From positions 51,212,001 to 51,276,000 of the forward strand of contig NW_027266343.1 of the NCBI RefSeq assembly GCF_022045235.1: DNA of 64,000 nt. Direction: 5' to 3'. The position numbers were made by a program, and so were the translations under genes. The DNA comes from Haliotis cracherodii (Eukaryota). Below the pieces are notes generated by a model that saw only the letters and a program-made list of their open reading frames with translations, was not told the DNA's origin and made no database searches. This document shows, in pieces, positions 50,571-62,686 of the stretch (its first letter is position 1; each line of letters begins with the position of its first letter).

Positions 50571-52539
50571 CATACGACGAAGGCATGAATCTATGGGCAT
50601 GTTTGCAAGGCTTTCTGGTCATTAGAATGATGTGACATTTACATATCTGAACGGTATGAATACAATACTATCCTTATCAGCATAATACCTGCACTGGTGA
50701 TGAATAATTTCCTTCTTCAAGAAGGAATACGTACAGCGTGGACCTATGTTCGGTACGCATTTAGGAATCGTGGGTATAAAACTTTCTGTTGGGTAAATAG
50801 ATGTACACAAGTATGTACCTCAGGTGTGTCCAGTAGTACCTGTGCCGCCAACGATTCCAAACGTTTCCAAGTGTTCTTGACTGTTTATGTTATGTTACGT
50901 TTGAGGTGTGATACAAATCTTACATCCCGAGAAAGAAAGTGAAACATGTTGACCTGGGAACTGAAATATAGATACGTATTATGTTTACATTTGATCAATT
51001 TATATCAAGTCCCTTTGACGTGGAAAAAAAGTGTTTTGGGCAATTAAGTCGGTCTGTTTTGACGCTTATCAGGTTTGACTGGCACTATGTCGGCGAGTTC
51101 TGAGAGACCTCCAAGCTTGAAGCCCTGCATTAAGAACGACTTCAGTTACCTGTCGTTGAAGCGAATTCTATCTGGCTACACGGATTAGTGTAAAGTGTTA
51201 AGAATTTCAGACGTCATTTAAAACAGATGTATTTCTCTGTTAGAAATACAACCAAGATGAGAGAATTGTATATTGAAATACTGCTATACATTGTTGGAAA
51301 AGATGATTATTCTTACATGGTCGACGGTTCCTTTGAATATTCTTCCCATTTGATCTAGGATGATGAACTAAATATATTCCATTATTTAATTGAGAATTGT
51401 ACACAACTAAACGATGCAATTTACTTTTGGATTTGTGTGGGCGGCCAAATATATTTTTAGTAAGGTTAATACTAAGATGACCAGCAGAATCGTATTAATA
51501 AGTATAATTATTTGTTTTGAGTGAGTGAGTTGCGTTTAACGCCGCTTTGAATTAATTGCCAGTATTCAGTTATTTGACGGCGTTCCATAGTGTGGGGTAA
51601 AAAGCCCCATGTGAGGCAGGTCTCTCACGTTTACCCCTTTGTATTTCTTGTATAGAACATAGAAGGATGGTTTAGATTCAAACTTTGGATTACTAGCATC
51701 AAGGAAATTGCACCTTACCTCAAGTACTTTATTCATTTTTATTTTCTGTAATGAGTTTCAAAAATACAAAATGACAAACAACATCTGCTTGTAGAAACGT
51801 ACAAAGTGATTGTTATTCTGTTTTAATTGGTTAGAAAAGCTAATACAAACTTGACCATTTTCGTCTGTGACAAGGGCACTTCTCTCAAACCCATCTCCCT
51901 CAAAACTAGATCATGTCAGCTCTTGCACGTTTTAAGTTCACTGACAGCCATGTCCATCATCCTTGATTTATGACTATATTATTTGACTGCAGTGCCCTAC
52001 TGAACTTTGTCTTGCCAAACAACGTCTCACCAGTCCAGACAATCAGCATCAGTACATCTTTCCCTGTCACTAACCTTTCTCATCTCCGTCCTTTGAGTAG
52101 AAGAATGTTCTACCGATCCTCATTTGTATCATGATGTAACCAATTTAAAAGTTAAATTTAGTCAAGTGTGACATTTCCTCTGTTAAACCAAAGTGTCGTT
52201 TTCTTAATCGGTTAGGAGACACGTACCTGTTCTGACATTTATTTTCAAGGCATTTATTCAATAGTTCTGGTGAGAGTTTCATCAAGTATATGATGTCAGA
52301 ATGGAGGTATTAAAGTTTTCTGTCCATGACACCTAGTGGGGAGATTGATGCCTATCAGTTTAATCCAAAGAACACCCATAGTTAATTTATTTAATTCACG
52401 ACCAACTACCGAGTTAGAATTGGTCCCAAGTAAAAGCCTTTCTAACATAGTAAGAAATCCCTACGAAGAGCAGAGTCCAGTGTTACATACACATGCGTGT
52501 CGTAAGAGGTGGCTCAATGGATTGTGTGGTGTCGCTCTG

Positions 52540-54138
52540 GGCCAACTTGCACAGAACAATCTTAGTTACAATCGATCTTAGGTGGCTACAATCAACCTTA
52601 CAATCACCATACAATTGTCCTATTCCACTTGCACAAACCGATCTTAGCGCGATTGTAAGACGGTTTGGAGTTAAGATCGCGATCTTAGCCAAGACTGAAA
52701 TCTTCAACGGTGGAGGTACGAATATTTTAAACTCCTGTCTACAGTTGTCTGCAAAAGCGCATAGTTTGCTGCGCATACAGTAAGTGGAACCAGTAACGAC
52801 ACGAAACACGTACCTCGCTCCCTCCATCGCACTTTGCAGTTTCAAGAAAGGTCCCAATTATTTGAAGGAAACGATTAATAGAATGAAGGCATATATTCTT
52901 GTCGGCATTAATACTGTCGTGATTTAGGAATTGTTTTCTATTTCAACAAGAGAAATACCTACTCATGTTTTTATTCAAAGTATTGAAATACAAATAAATA
53001 CATTATTTAGTAACACAATTATTATGAAAATTAAAATAGATAATAACAGTATTTCCTAAAACCATAACGCTTAAATGCATGATCGTCATCTATTTGGGGG
53101 AGCTTTTCGTAAAATCCTTAATATATCCCTCATGTTTTCGTTTCGTTGCTACAACAAAGGATGTTATGACTACCATTTCAAAACACAGAAAGACGTGAAC
53201 TTTCAAAAACGCATATACGAGAAATAAGAATGATGAATAATGTTTCGAGAAAGCAATTGTTTATATATATATATATTCACTAGGTATTATTATTATTTAT
53301 TTATTTTAAAAGTGTGAATTTTATTTTTGCTATTTATGGCATATTTTGCAAAAAATTCAAATGTATCATCATGTATATTTGCTTGTTTGATGAAAACTTG
53401 TATTTGTTTTCTTTTAAACTCAGATATTCAACCGTTCGTCCCCGTCCCATTTGATTTTAGATTTAAACATGTATGATTTGCTCTTCAGCTTGTATTTATT
53501 TGTAGATTAATTAAATGATAAACTAAAGACAAAATAACTGACACGAATGTGACCCAAAAGAAATATAGGGGGAGCTCAGCGATTCAACAACATTGATACA
53601 CTGGGTAAGGTAGATTGTACTCTACAGGCTTATACAAAGGGAAACCACTCCCATCTAGAGTATAAACTAAGATTAGCTGCCCTTGATTTATCGAAAGGTC
53701 ACTGACCTTACAAATCGCTTGCGGGACGACTTAGGCTTTTATCCTTCCCTTGTTTAGCGAAAAGGTATGTTGTTTCACATTTCTTTCAGTATTGAGTCGG
53801 ATGGGAATATTCCTTTTAGCTATCGACTCGATATTTACGTGTTTAACTATGGTAATTAACGATATTTCTGACGTAAACCTGTGGTGCGTTCTTCATGTTG
53901 TTAACGTGTTGATTCGAATTATAAAGTTTAACAAAAATAAGAGGCAATGTTTGAACGTAAAGCAGATCCGTAAGATTGGTCAGGACCAATTGTAAGTTTC
54001 GATTGTAGCTTAGAATGATCTTAGCCTACAATCGCTTTGTGCAAGTGGATGACGATAGTAGTCGAAGCCTAAGATCTCGACCTCTCGATCTCGATTTACA
54101 ATAATTGTAGCGCTAAGATCGCTTTGTGCAAGTGGACA
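52540..54138. mobile_element. Non-autonomous PIF/Harbinger-like element inserted in an old family-A SINE
   Basis: Imperfect TIRs GGCCAACTTGCACAGAACAATCTTAG / CTAAGATCGCTTTGTGCAAGTGGACA, subterminal repeats, 3-bp CTG on both flanks. Confidence 0.7.
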
Positions 54139-54749
54139 CTGGACTTGATTGATTGGGTGTTTTGTTACCCCGATCATGGATCGTTGATCTTATTCTTAAT
54201 CACAGACGTGACAGTTTCAGCCTGATTGTTGTGTCATATAAATGTAATATTAGAGCAGCGTTAAACAACAGCAAAACATTTACCACTGTTGATGGCAAGT
54301 GCTGTCCCATCCGGCACAACACAGAAGCCAATGTAACTGATCCAATGATTAATAACTCCGTTCGTCTCGGGAGCGAATTGTGAAGGGTGACTGCCTAGGG
54401 TATAGAGACTATGAGCTAAAGATGACTACCCTGTTAGCAAACATAAAGGCCAATGGAAACTGCAAATTTTAAATCTGAGGCCAACAAACATCTGGAACAT
54501 ATTCACTATTTGTATAGGTAACAAATCAAATTCGTTCCATGTGTGGCAACATTGACGTCAAGAAATCTGTTGGAGCGGTTATGACTGTGCCTGTTAGTGA
54601 AGAAATAATACCGTACCATACTGCTGTACCCACCATCACTACCTCTACAGAATATCATTTCTTAAGTTTCTACATCTTCCAAGTCCAATATATTACGAGT
54701 GAACATAGAAAATATCAATCTCACTTTCATATTTCATCCATTGTGGGGA

Positions 54750-55027
54750 CACGGGTGGCCCAGTCGTCTAAAGCGCCGCGATTCGCTGTGCAGAGTTGCG
54801 TCCCTTGGGCACGCCAGAAACCTATGATTGTGGGTTTGAATCCCGGGTCGCCCCGATTATTCTTCTAGGTTTGTCAGCACCATACCCGTGCTCGTGGGTT
54901 TTACCGAACTGGTAAACGTCTTAGACCTGCATCACTTCGGGCTTTCCTCCCACCTTAAGCTGACACGCCGCGATATAACTGGAATACTGTTAAAAGCGGC
55001 GTTAAACCCAACTCATTCACTCACTCA
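54750..55027 (+). mobile_element. SINE family C, full length (others at 1338-1525, 11335-11507, 11605-11800, 13565-13806, 23600-23750, 32672-32910, 48145-48255)
   Basis: Close match to the 15846 copy. Confidence 0.85.
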
Positions 55028-55853
55028 ATTCATCTGTTGTTCTGCATTTCTGTTGTTTCTGTAAAACAAACTCTATTCTCCATTAGGGAGACGCATGTTA
55101 GTAAAATATATTACGTGCCTTCATCAATTCCCCAGATCCTAAATGCAACCAAACTGCGAAACGATTTCAGAAAGCACAGGACTATATATCTGACTGTACT
55201 GTTGACGCATTGAAGAAACGTGAACACTCTCGTCACGTAAGGATTTCAGTCTGGATCAGGATGTCTGATTCAATGTTTCGCGGAGTCCAATACTGAGATA
55301 CGTAACACCCGCCATCAAACAGCTGATCGTGGAACTGAATGTCTCCTTTCCGTCTTACATTTACATCTTGTGAAACGAAGTAAATTTAATTTGTTTGTCG
55401 CCTGTTACATGCATGGAGGAAGATTGAAAGAGATGTAAGCTAAGCGGTTTGATCGTATTAGTGGTAAAGTGTGATATATTAGCGCCCTCTCGGGATTCCA
55501 CAAGGTCAGTAAAATGGTGAAAGTAATTGGGTTTCTTTGTTTGAGTGGGTGCTTCCTGCCTTACCCTTGCCTTCCCGTGTTTTTTAGGTGAACTTTTGAC
55601 TTGCCTTTGCATGTGTTTCTGATGGGTGCCACCGTGCAGGATACACTCGCTTTTTCGCGGACACCTGGTAGCATCACTCGATTATTTAGAGACCGCCGTA
55701 TAGCTGGAAAATTGCTGAGTGCGGCGTTAAACAACAAACAAAACTTTGAGGAATTTACAACAATCACTATGACGAGGTATGCCTATCTTGCACTCAACCT
55801 GAATCCAGTTACTGGAATGTCAAACCCGGGATTGGTTAAAACAAGAATTGCAG

Positions 55854-57075
55854 TTGAGCAGTCTGCGGATCTGGTGGCTGGCTGTTCCTATGTAGGGAAG
55901 ACTGATGACAAACGGGGCTGTCTGTTGTCGTGGAGGCCGCTCTCAAGGGCTGAGGATGCTGTTGATTGTTTGTTCAACTAGGCTGGTAGGGTAATTGTTG
56001 AAGTTAGTGAATACATGGCGGAGGTGGTTGAGTTCAGTTTTTAGCTGTTGTGGCGTGGAACAGATGTTGACAGCACGTCGGGCTAAGGTGGCGATGATTC
56101 CTCTCTTGATTTGTGGTGGGTGGTTAGAGGAATTGTGCAGATACTGATCCGTATGGGTGGGTTTACGGTAGACACTGGTATGTAGTGTGTTATCGGGATC
56201 TTTCTGTACTCTTACATCTAGGAATGGTAGTTGTCTCTCAGCTTCTTCTTCCATAGTGAACTGCATCCTGGAGTGTTGGGCATTCAGGTGGCTGAGGAGG
56301 GTCTTGGGGTCATGGTCAGGTTGGAGAAAAAGTGTCGTTCAGGAACAGCCAGCCACCAGATCCGCAGACTGCTCAAACACCACGCCAACATTGATACAGT
56401 ATTCCAGAGAGGCAGGACAATCCAGAACATCCTCAGCGCCAATGGCAAGCCCCCTACATCGAAGAAAGAAGACCCAGCTGGAGCCGTATATCACATACAA
56501 TGTGACCGTGGCGACTCCTATGTAGGAGAAACATCCAGGCCCCTACCCATTAGAATAAAAGAACACAAGACCTCAGTACAAAAAAATTACTCAAAATCAG
56601 CCATCTCCGACCACACCCAAACCCACCCCGATCACAACATCCAGTGGAACAACATCAAGATCCTGGCCATCAACCAATCAGACTACAAAATCAGGAAACT
56701 CCTAGAAGCCATCTACATCAAAAGGATCCAGCCAGCAATGAACAGAGACCAAGGCTATTAAATCCCGCCTGCTTACCATCACCTAATTGCTAAATCCCTT
56801 TGTCCATCCAATTAATACAGTGGCTTCCATCATCTCCATCAGTCTGCTTGTTTACTCTGTGTTCATTAGTCATCCACTGGCTTCCATTTAGCTTAATCAC
56901 CTCTCTGTGTCCATCAACTAGTCACTGTAACAACTTAGATGTCAATAAGTGTATATATACCTATGTTGTTTAGCCCTATCCATCAATTGCTTGATAAAGG
57001 TGTTAGGATCTACACCGAAACGTCGCACTAATTGTAATTAAGAAGTTGTTCATCCATAGAACTCGTCTTACTGTA
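55854..57075 (+). mobile_element. Penelope-like retroelement, 5'-truncated and 5'-inverted (RT C-terminus on -, GIY-YIG endonuclease on +)
   Basis: - strand QFTMEEE..QLPFLDV..SVYRKPTHTDQYL..SNHP; + strand GAVYHIQC..SYVGETSRPL..RIKEH..SAISDH..LLEAIYI..MNRDQG; hammerhead-like module at the 3' end. Confidence 0.93.
56984..57034 (+). ncRNA. Minimal type I hammerhead ribozyme of the Penelope-like element (U3-A8 core variant)
   Basis: TGC-TTGATAA-A-GGTGT(taggatct)ACACC-GAAA-CGTC-GCA: stem I TGC/GCA (extendable by CAATT/AATTG), stem II GGTGT/ACACC, GUC cleavage triplet ending at 57024. Confidence 0.7.
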
Positions 57076-58084
57076 TATTTTCTAGTTGTATAAAGTATCA
57101 CAACATACTTTTAATGAATGGCCAATTAAACGATGATACACATCAGGATCGCGGAGAAAGTACAAAATTCGTTCTCAAGGCATAAATCAAGGCACTAATT
57201 CATCCTTCATAAACTTTTTGTGTCTTTCTGCTTAATATATCAACATATTAACGAAAATATGTAATACCTATCAAACAAGTACATGTATCCACAATGTATA
57301 TATATACAGGGTAGGTATTTGCCCACAGCAACACCTGCATAACTGTTTATTCACGCGTGGTGTGGCGGATTCTAATTGACCGACAGCAGGTTTTGTAGAA
57401 TCACCTGTAAATAAGACTGACACTGTAATTAAATACATCGTACTAATGAGAATATGAGAATTATTATAAGAAAGATGTTTCATACTTTCATATTTTCATA
57501 CCAAAAGTGGCAACGCATTTAAAAGTTGCTTTCGTTTTCCTCAATCGCCTTTAAACATAATTCCCATTGGTCAGTTCGACACCGCATATAATTAAATAAT
57601 TATTTCGAGCTTTCGTTAGAATGTGAGATATTCAGCCAGACGTTATGCAGTGAAAGACGAATCGGTTTTTTTCCATTAAGATACGCGCACGTGTACCTGT
57701 ATATTGCATACCTAGTGTCACTTAGTTGCCCAGTGTGATGTATCAACGAGACATAAAATGTAAAAAGGTAAAGAAACTAACTAAACTTTAATGTTGTGGA
57801 AAATAACGCCAATGAATTGGAGTACACGCGCATGAATTCGTATGATAAACTATCAAAACGTTTTGAGAGTTAGGGCCGGGTTCATTAAAGATCGTTACAA
57901 TATGATAAAAGCTAAAATTTGTAAAACTTCTATAAAGTAAACATTCAAATCAAGGCCCTTTTTAAATAGTAATGTAAGGATATAATATAAAGTATATCTC
58001 ACATGATACAATATAATTTGCAAACAATTAGTAAATGCTTTAAAGGGACTGACGGAAGCATGGACGAAATATTTTGATAACGCC

Positions 58085-58705
58085 ACAAATTAGTTGAATT
58101 AAGTAAAACTGAGTTGAATCATGTGTCATGCTTGTAGACACACCTTTCTGCATTTTTGAAACTGAAACTGTTGAGCAAAGGAAAATATTCTCGCCCCATG
58201 GGCCAAACTTTCTCGTCCAGAGCGAAATATTTCAATAACGCCGTACAATAGTTGAATTAAATATGTCATGAAACTTCTAAGAACACCTTTATGTATTTGC
58301 GAAACAAAAGCACAAGTTTTGAACAAAGGAAAATATTCTCGCCAATTGGCCAAACGTTTTCTCGCCAAGGGCGAAATATTTCAATATCGCTATAAAATCA
58401 TAGTACAATAGTTGAATTAAATATGTCATGAAACTTCTAAGAACACCTTTATGTATTTGCGAAACAAAAGCACAAGTTTTGAACAAAGGAAAATATTCTC
58501 GCCAATTGGCCAAACGTTTTCTCGCCAAGGGCGAAATATTTCAATATCGCTATAAAATCATCGAATAAGGTTAAAATGAGTTAAATTTTGTGTCATGATA
58601 CTTGAAAGAACTACATTTATGTATTTGGGAAACAAAAACATCAGTCTTGAGCAAAGGAAAATATTCTCGCCCATGGGCAGGCCCATGGGTAGGCCCATGG
58701 GCGAC
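58085..58705. repeat. About 150-170-bp tandem repeat (about 4 units), probably internal to a DNA transposon
   Basis: caaaggaaaatattctcgcc recurs near 58176, 58324, 58484 and 58652. Confidence 0.8.
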
Positions 58706-58894
58706 ATAGTGTAAATATTAAGTTTTTTAACATTTTCTTTTTCATTTTTTCTTCCTTAGTATGTTCCCATGAAAACAGCATGTTTAATTTTGTAAATAAC
58801 TTTGACCGAGACTGGGCAAAGACCGTAGAGTTTCTTGACTATTGGGTTTCCAGAATCAAAATGGTAATATGCAAATACGACTGTTACGTGGAAA

Positions 58895-60034
58895 TATGTA
58901 AATGGCTGAGACATTGTCAAAAGACGACATTCTCCCACTTTGGCACACGATGGAACATCCAACAAACATATACAAATATAAACTATTTATTAACACATGG
59001 TGACGTCACTGATATTCAGTATATCTTTTAGCACAATCTTGCCTTTTAAAATCAAAAGGAGATTGCATTTGGTAACTGTAGAGTGAGAAATTCAGCGGCA
59101 TAAATGGTCCAACTTTAAAGCCTGTCATAAGTCTTTATAACAACAACCAGACTGTATAAACAAGTTGTTTGATCATGTCTATCTTTGAAAACACCTTTGT
59201 GTTATACTTTAAGAGCATTTTCTTCTGAAAACACACGTCTTTACTTTTAGATGTACGGTTTTTCTGGGAAACCCTTATATAGTTACACATTGTCAAACTG
59301 ATTTGCGCGTGTTTTATTCTTGGTATGAGTTTTGGTTTAAACACGCCTTAAAGGAACACAGTCATCACCATCACTATCACTACTGCTTCATCATGTCAAG
59401 GGCATACTAATGTAGTTAAAGGGTCATCATTGAATGATTATTATATCAATATTCAGGCGTTATCTATAGAAATTGAGATAACAAATTGAGTGATGCTCGT
59501 ATTATTACAAATGCCTTGATAATGAAGTGTACAATTATCAAGATGATATGTTGAAAATAAGAGAGTTCTCTCAAGAAACGCAGTTGCAAATAAAAGCTAC
59601 ATAACCCTTTTCAGAATCATTCGAAACCTCTGCTCGAAGCAAAGACCATTGTACGATTTCGACTTTAATGATCACACGCATGTGCGTAGGAATGACTACC
59701 AGATAGTGATGATACCTGGCGGTTGCCAAAAAGTAAGCGTATCCTGCCCCAACGGTTCCTCCGTCACAAACACATACAAAGACAAGTCAAGAAAGACGAG
59801 AAAACAAGCTGTTGTTCATATGTCAATCATGTTTTCAGAAGATATTGGTGTACTTTAGGCTTTTAACAGATATTACACGCATAAAAAGATGTGAGTATTC
59901 ATAGTGACAGTCCCTTTGTGAGAAGAAACCAATATATGTACCTATCAGTTAGGAAATAAAGCTGTTGTAGTTTATTGTTATTGTGCAGTAAGATAAATAA
60001 AATTTGGGGAGAATAATGTAGTATCTGGGGACTT
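58895..60034 (+). repeat. Segmental duplication, copy 1 (upstream region of the Gly-rich gene)
   Basis: Near-identical to blocks within 62687-64000; the ORF track shows matching peptides at 59135/62766 and 59649/63626. Confidence 0.9.
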
Positions 60035-60561
60035 CTGCAGTATATTCAGCAGAAGCTATTTTCTTGTGAGCAGGCTGCTGTATTACACGGAAACGGTTAG
60101 CATAGTTGACCCCGTGTGGTACAGTGCTACTGCTGTACTGTGGTGAGGCTGTACTAGTGTGTTGCGTCAGTTTTCTGGTCTCTTGTTATGTCGTATCACA
60201 CAGATGCATTATAATGTCTGATGTATGCTGCTCCCACATCATATATTTACTGGATACACCCTTTTCAGGCCGTTATCGAATATTTACTTGATATAGGTTA
60301 AACGTTGAGTATCGAGGACTGTTTGAAATGCAGTTAGACGATGCCAGAGAGAGTGTGTCTGTTTGCCACCTTTATATACGTTGTCTTGTACTTCCTTAAT
60401 CGATGTTCATGTATATCAGCTCGCATGTGTACCCGTAGGGTGATAACCTCGGGCCCTTTGATGCGAAAAGAATGCTTACTTTACACCATTAAACTGAGGT
60501 GCGTTACTTACCTGGAAGTGGCCAGCCAAAGATAAATCAATCACGTATAATTCACAAATGG

Positions 60562-60644
60562 TATATATAAAGGATGGGGGAAATGTTCCATCATCTCTTA
60601 TCTTCACCTGCCGTTGAGACACAGATACGAGTCAAGACCAAACT
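60562..60644 (+). promoter_or_regulatory. TATA box and non-coding first exon of the glycine-rich protein gene
   Basis: TATATATAAAGG at 60562-60573; pyrimidine-rich start region near 60590; donor ACT|gtaagt at 60645; acceptor caatag at 60926, just before the ATG. Confidence 0.65.
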
Positions 60645-60935
60645 GTAAGTACTATTTTAAGGTTTGCTTGTGATATATATGTATACTTTTAATGTTTGAT
60701 TCATCTGCTGCGCATCTGGCTGTTTTCAATCTTTATGTTGAGCTAATTCATAAAAGTACAAATATGTAACATAAAACGTTCTTGTAAATTGGGAAATATA
60801 TGAATGCAGGTGAAAGTAAAACTGATAACATAATTCACAATGAGTGGTGTGAACTGAATTTACCAGATGAGTAACGATAACATGCTATTTCCCTTTCTTG
60901 ACAACGATTTTCACGTTGCTCAATAGATACTCAAA

Positions 60936-61527
60936 ATGATGAAGATAGTCGCCGCTCTTGTTGCCTGCCTGGCTGTTACCGCCTTTGCCGAGCCTACCGG
61001 TCTGTATGGTGGAATTGGCGGGTTGAAAGGAGGACTGGGCGGAATTGGCTACGGAATGGGTGGATTGTACGGAGGCCTTGGAGGTCTGTACGGAGGCTAT
61101 GGAGGTCTGTACGGAGGCATGGGAGGTCTATACGGAGGCGTGGGAGGTCTATACGGAGGCGTGGGAGGTCTATACGGAGGCATGGGAGGTCTGTACGGAG
61201 GACTTGGAGGCTATGGTGGTCTCTACGGCGGAATTGGAGGATACGGAATGGGATTGGGAAAAGGTATTTCACAAAATATGATATCATTTGTTTATCGTAT
61301 CCCACTTTCAGTCTCGTTTGCAAAATTATATAATTTACCTATATGGTATTATTATTTTACGCGACAAAGCTGATGACTTTTACAAAACATCTTTAAAATT
61401 ATTCTCTGCATTCTCTAATATTTGGTTTAGCTTATCATGCAGCTAGTTTCAAGACTTCGTTGTGACTTATCCATATATCCCAACTTTATTCTACTATTTT
61501 TTTGTTTCAGGTATCGGCTATTATTGA
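60936..61527 (+). CDS. Secreted glycine-rich GGLYGGx-repeat protein, 114 aa (coding exons 60936-61263 and 61511-61527; ends ...GLGKGIGYY*)
   Basis: Signal peptide MMKIVAALVACLAVTAFA; 21-nt/7-aa repeats with synonymous variation; donor AAG|gtattt at 61264; acceptor ttttgtttcag at 61510; TGA at 61525-61527; AATAAA at 61593-61598. Confidence 0.88.
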
Positions 61528-62686
61528 GTTATTATCATCTACAGTGTGATGCTGGCTATTTATGTATATTCTCAAACCAATGGAATTGGTTCAATAAAAT
61601 CTTGTCATATTTATTTACGCCTTGAAATTTGTTTGAGAATCTGAAAACTGAATTGAATGTTCACAATGGAAGAGTGATCTATGTTTCTCCATATTGTAAA
61701 CTCTGGACATAGTACGTGTTGTAGACCAATATCCAAGCACTTAAATGATATTGCGTTTTACTTCAAGCTAAGATATCAACTACTGAAATGTGTATTAAGT
61801 TCCTGAGGAAACCGGACATGATGATAAGAGGAGGGATTTTATGCTTGATATATCTCCCACAAAATGTCACTTACCCGAGTTCATGTTTCACGGGAATGTA
61901 TCATTTGGGCTGCCACGAAAGGGTTTGATGGCCATTTGAAGTACCATAATATCTGCAATTGGCTGTCTGTATTTCAATTTGCATTTTAAAAACACGCAGC
62001 GAAACAAATAAGCAGGGGTATCAATTTTGGTCAAAGCGTTCATTAACGGGATCAAGGGGTAGACAGTGTGCACTGTATTGAAATTCAAATGTGTGTGCTG
62101 TCCTTGAAAATGAGCGAAAGTTGTATTCAGAATACAATCTACATGTTGTTATGGCGCTTTGTATAAATAATATCTGAGCTGCTGCAATGAAACAGCGAAA
62201 GCCATGGTGATGTAGAGCATCAAAACAAATGTTGCAAGATTCCTACTGCTTTGGTTAGAAGGGAATGCATACAGTTGGAATTTCCATGACAGTAAAATAT
62301 CTTTACAGTTTATTAATAACACAAACAAAACGATTGAATTCAAAAGTAACTATTAAATACGCTTGTCCGGGTGTAGCTTATCAAACTACAAATTATTTGT
62401 AATTTCCATCAAACATGTACTTCTTGATTTGATGATGCAATTTAACATTTTGCATACTGCTTATGTAATTAATAGGAGAAGTATCTATATAGATATATAG
62501 TTGTGTGTTTATTAACCACCTTCCCTGTAGGCGCTATTTGTAAAATACATATTGATTAAATCAGACCGCGAAGTTTAAGATTCCGAACTGGATTGGTAGG
62601 ATTGAAGATTACAATAAACAAACAAATAGCTAATATATCCCTTTTGTTGGATTACAACGCAAAAGTGACAATCATTTATCAATACA

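Noticed and set aside
60994-61323. Antisense and alternate-frame ORFs over the Gly-rich gene
   Set aside because: Shadows of the 21-nt coding repeat; only the Gly frame has a signal peptide and splice structure.
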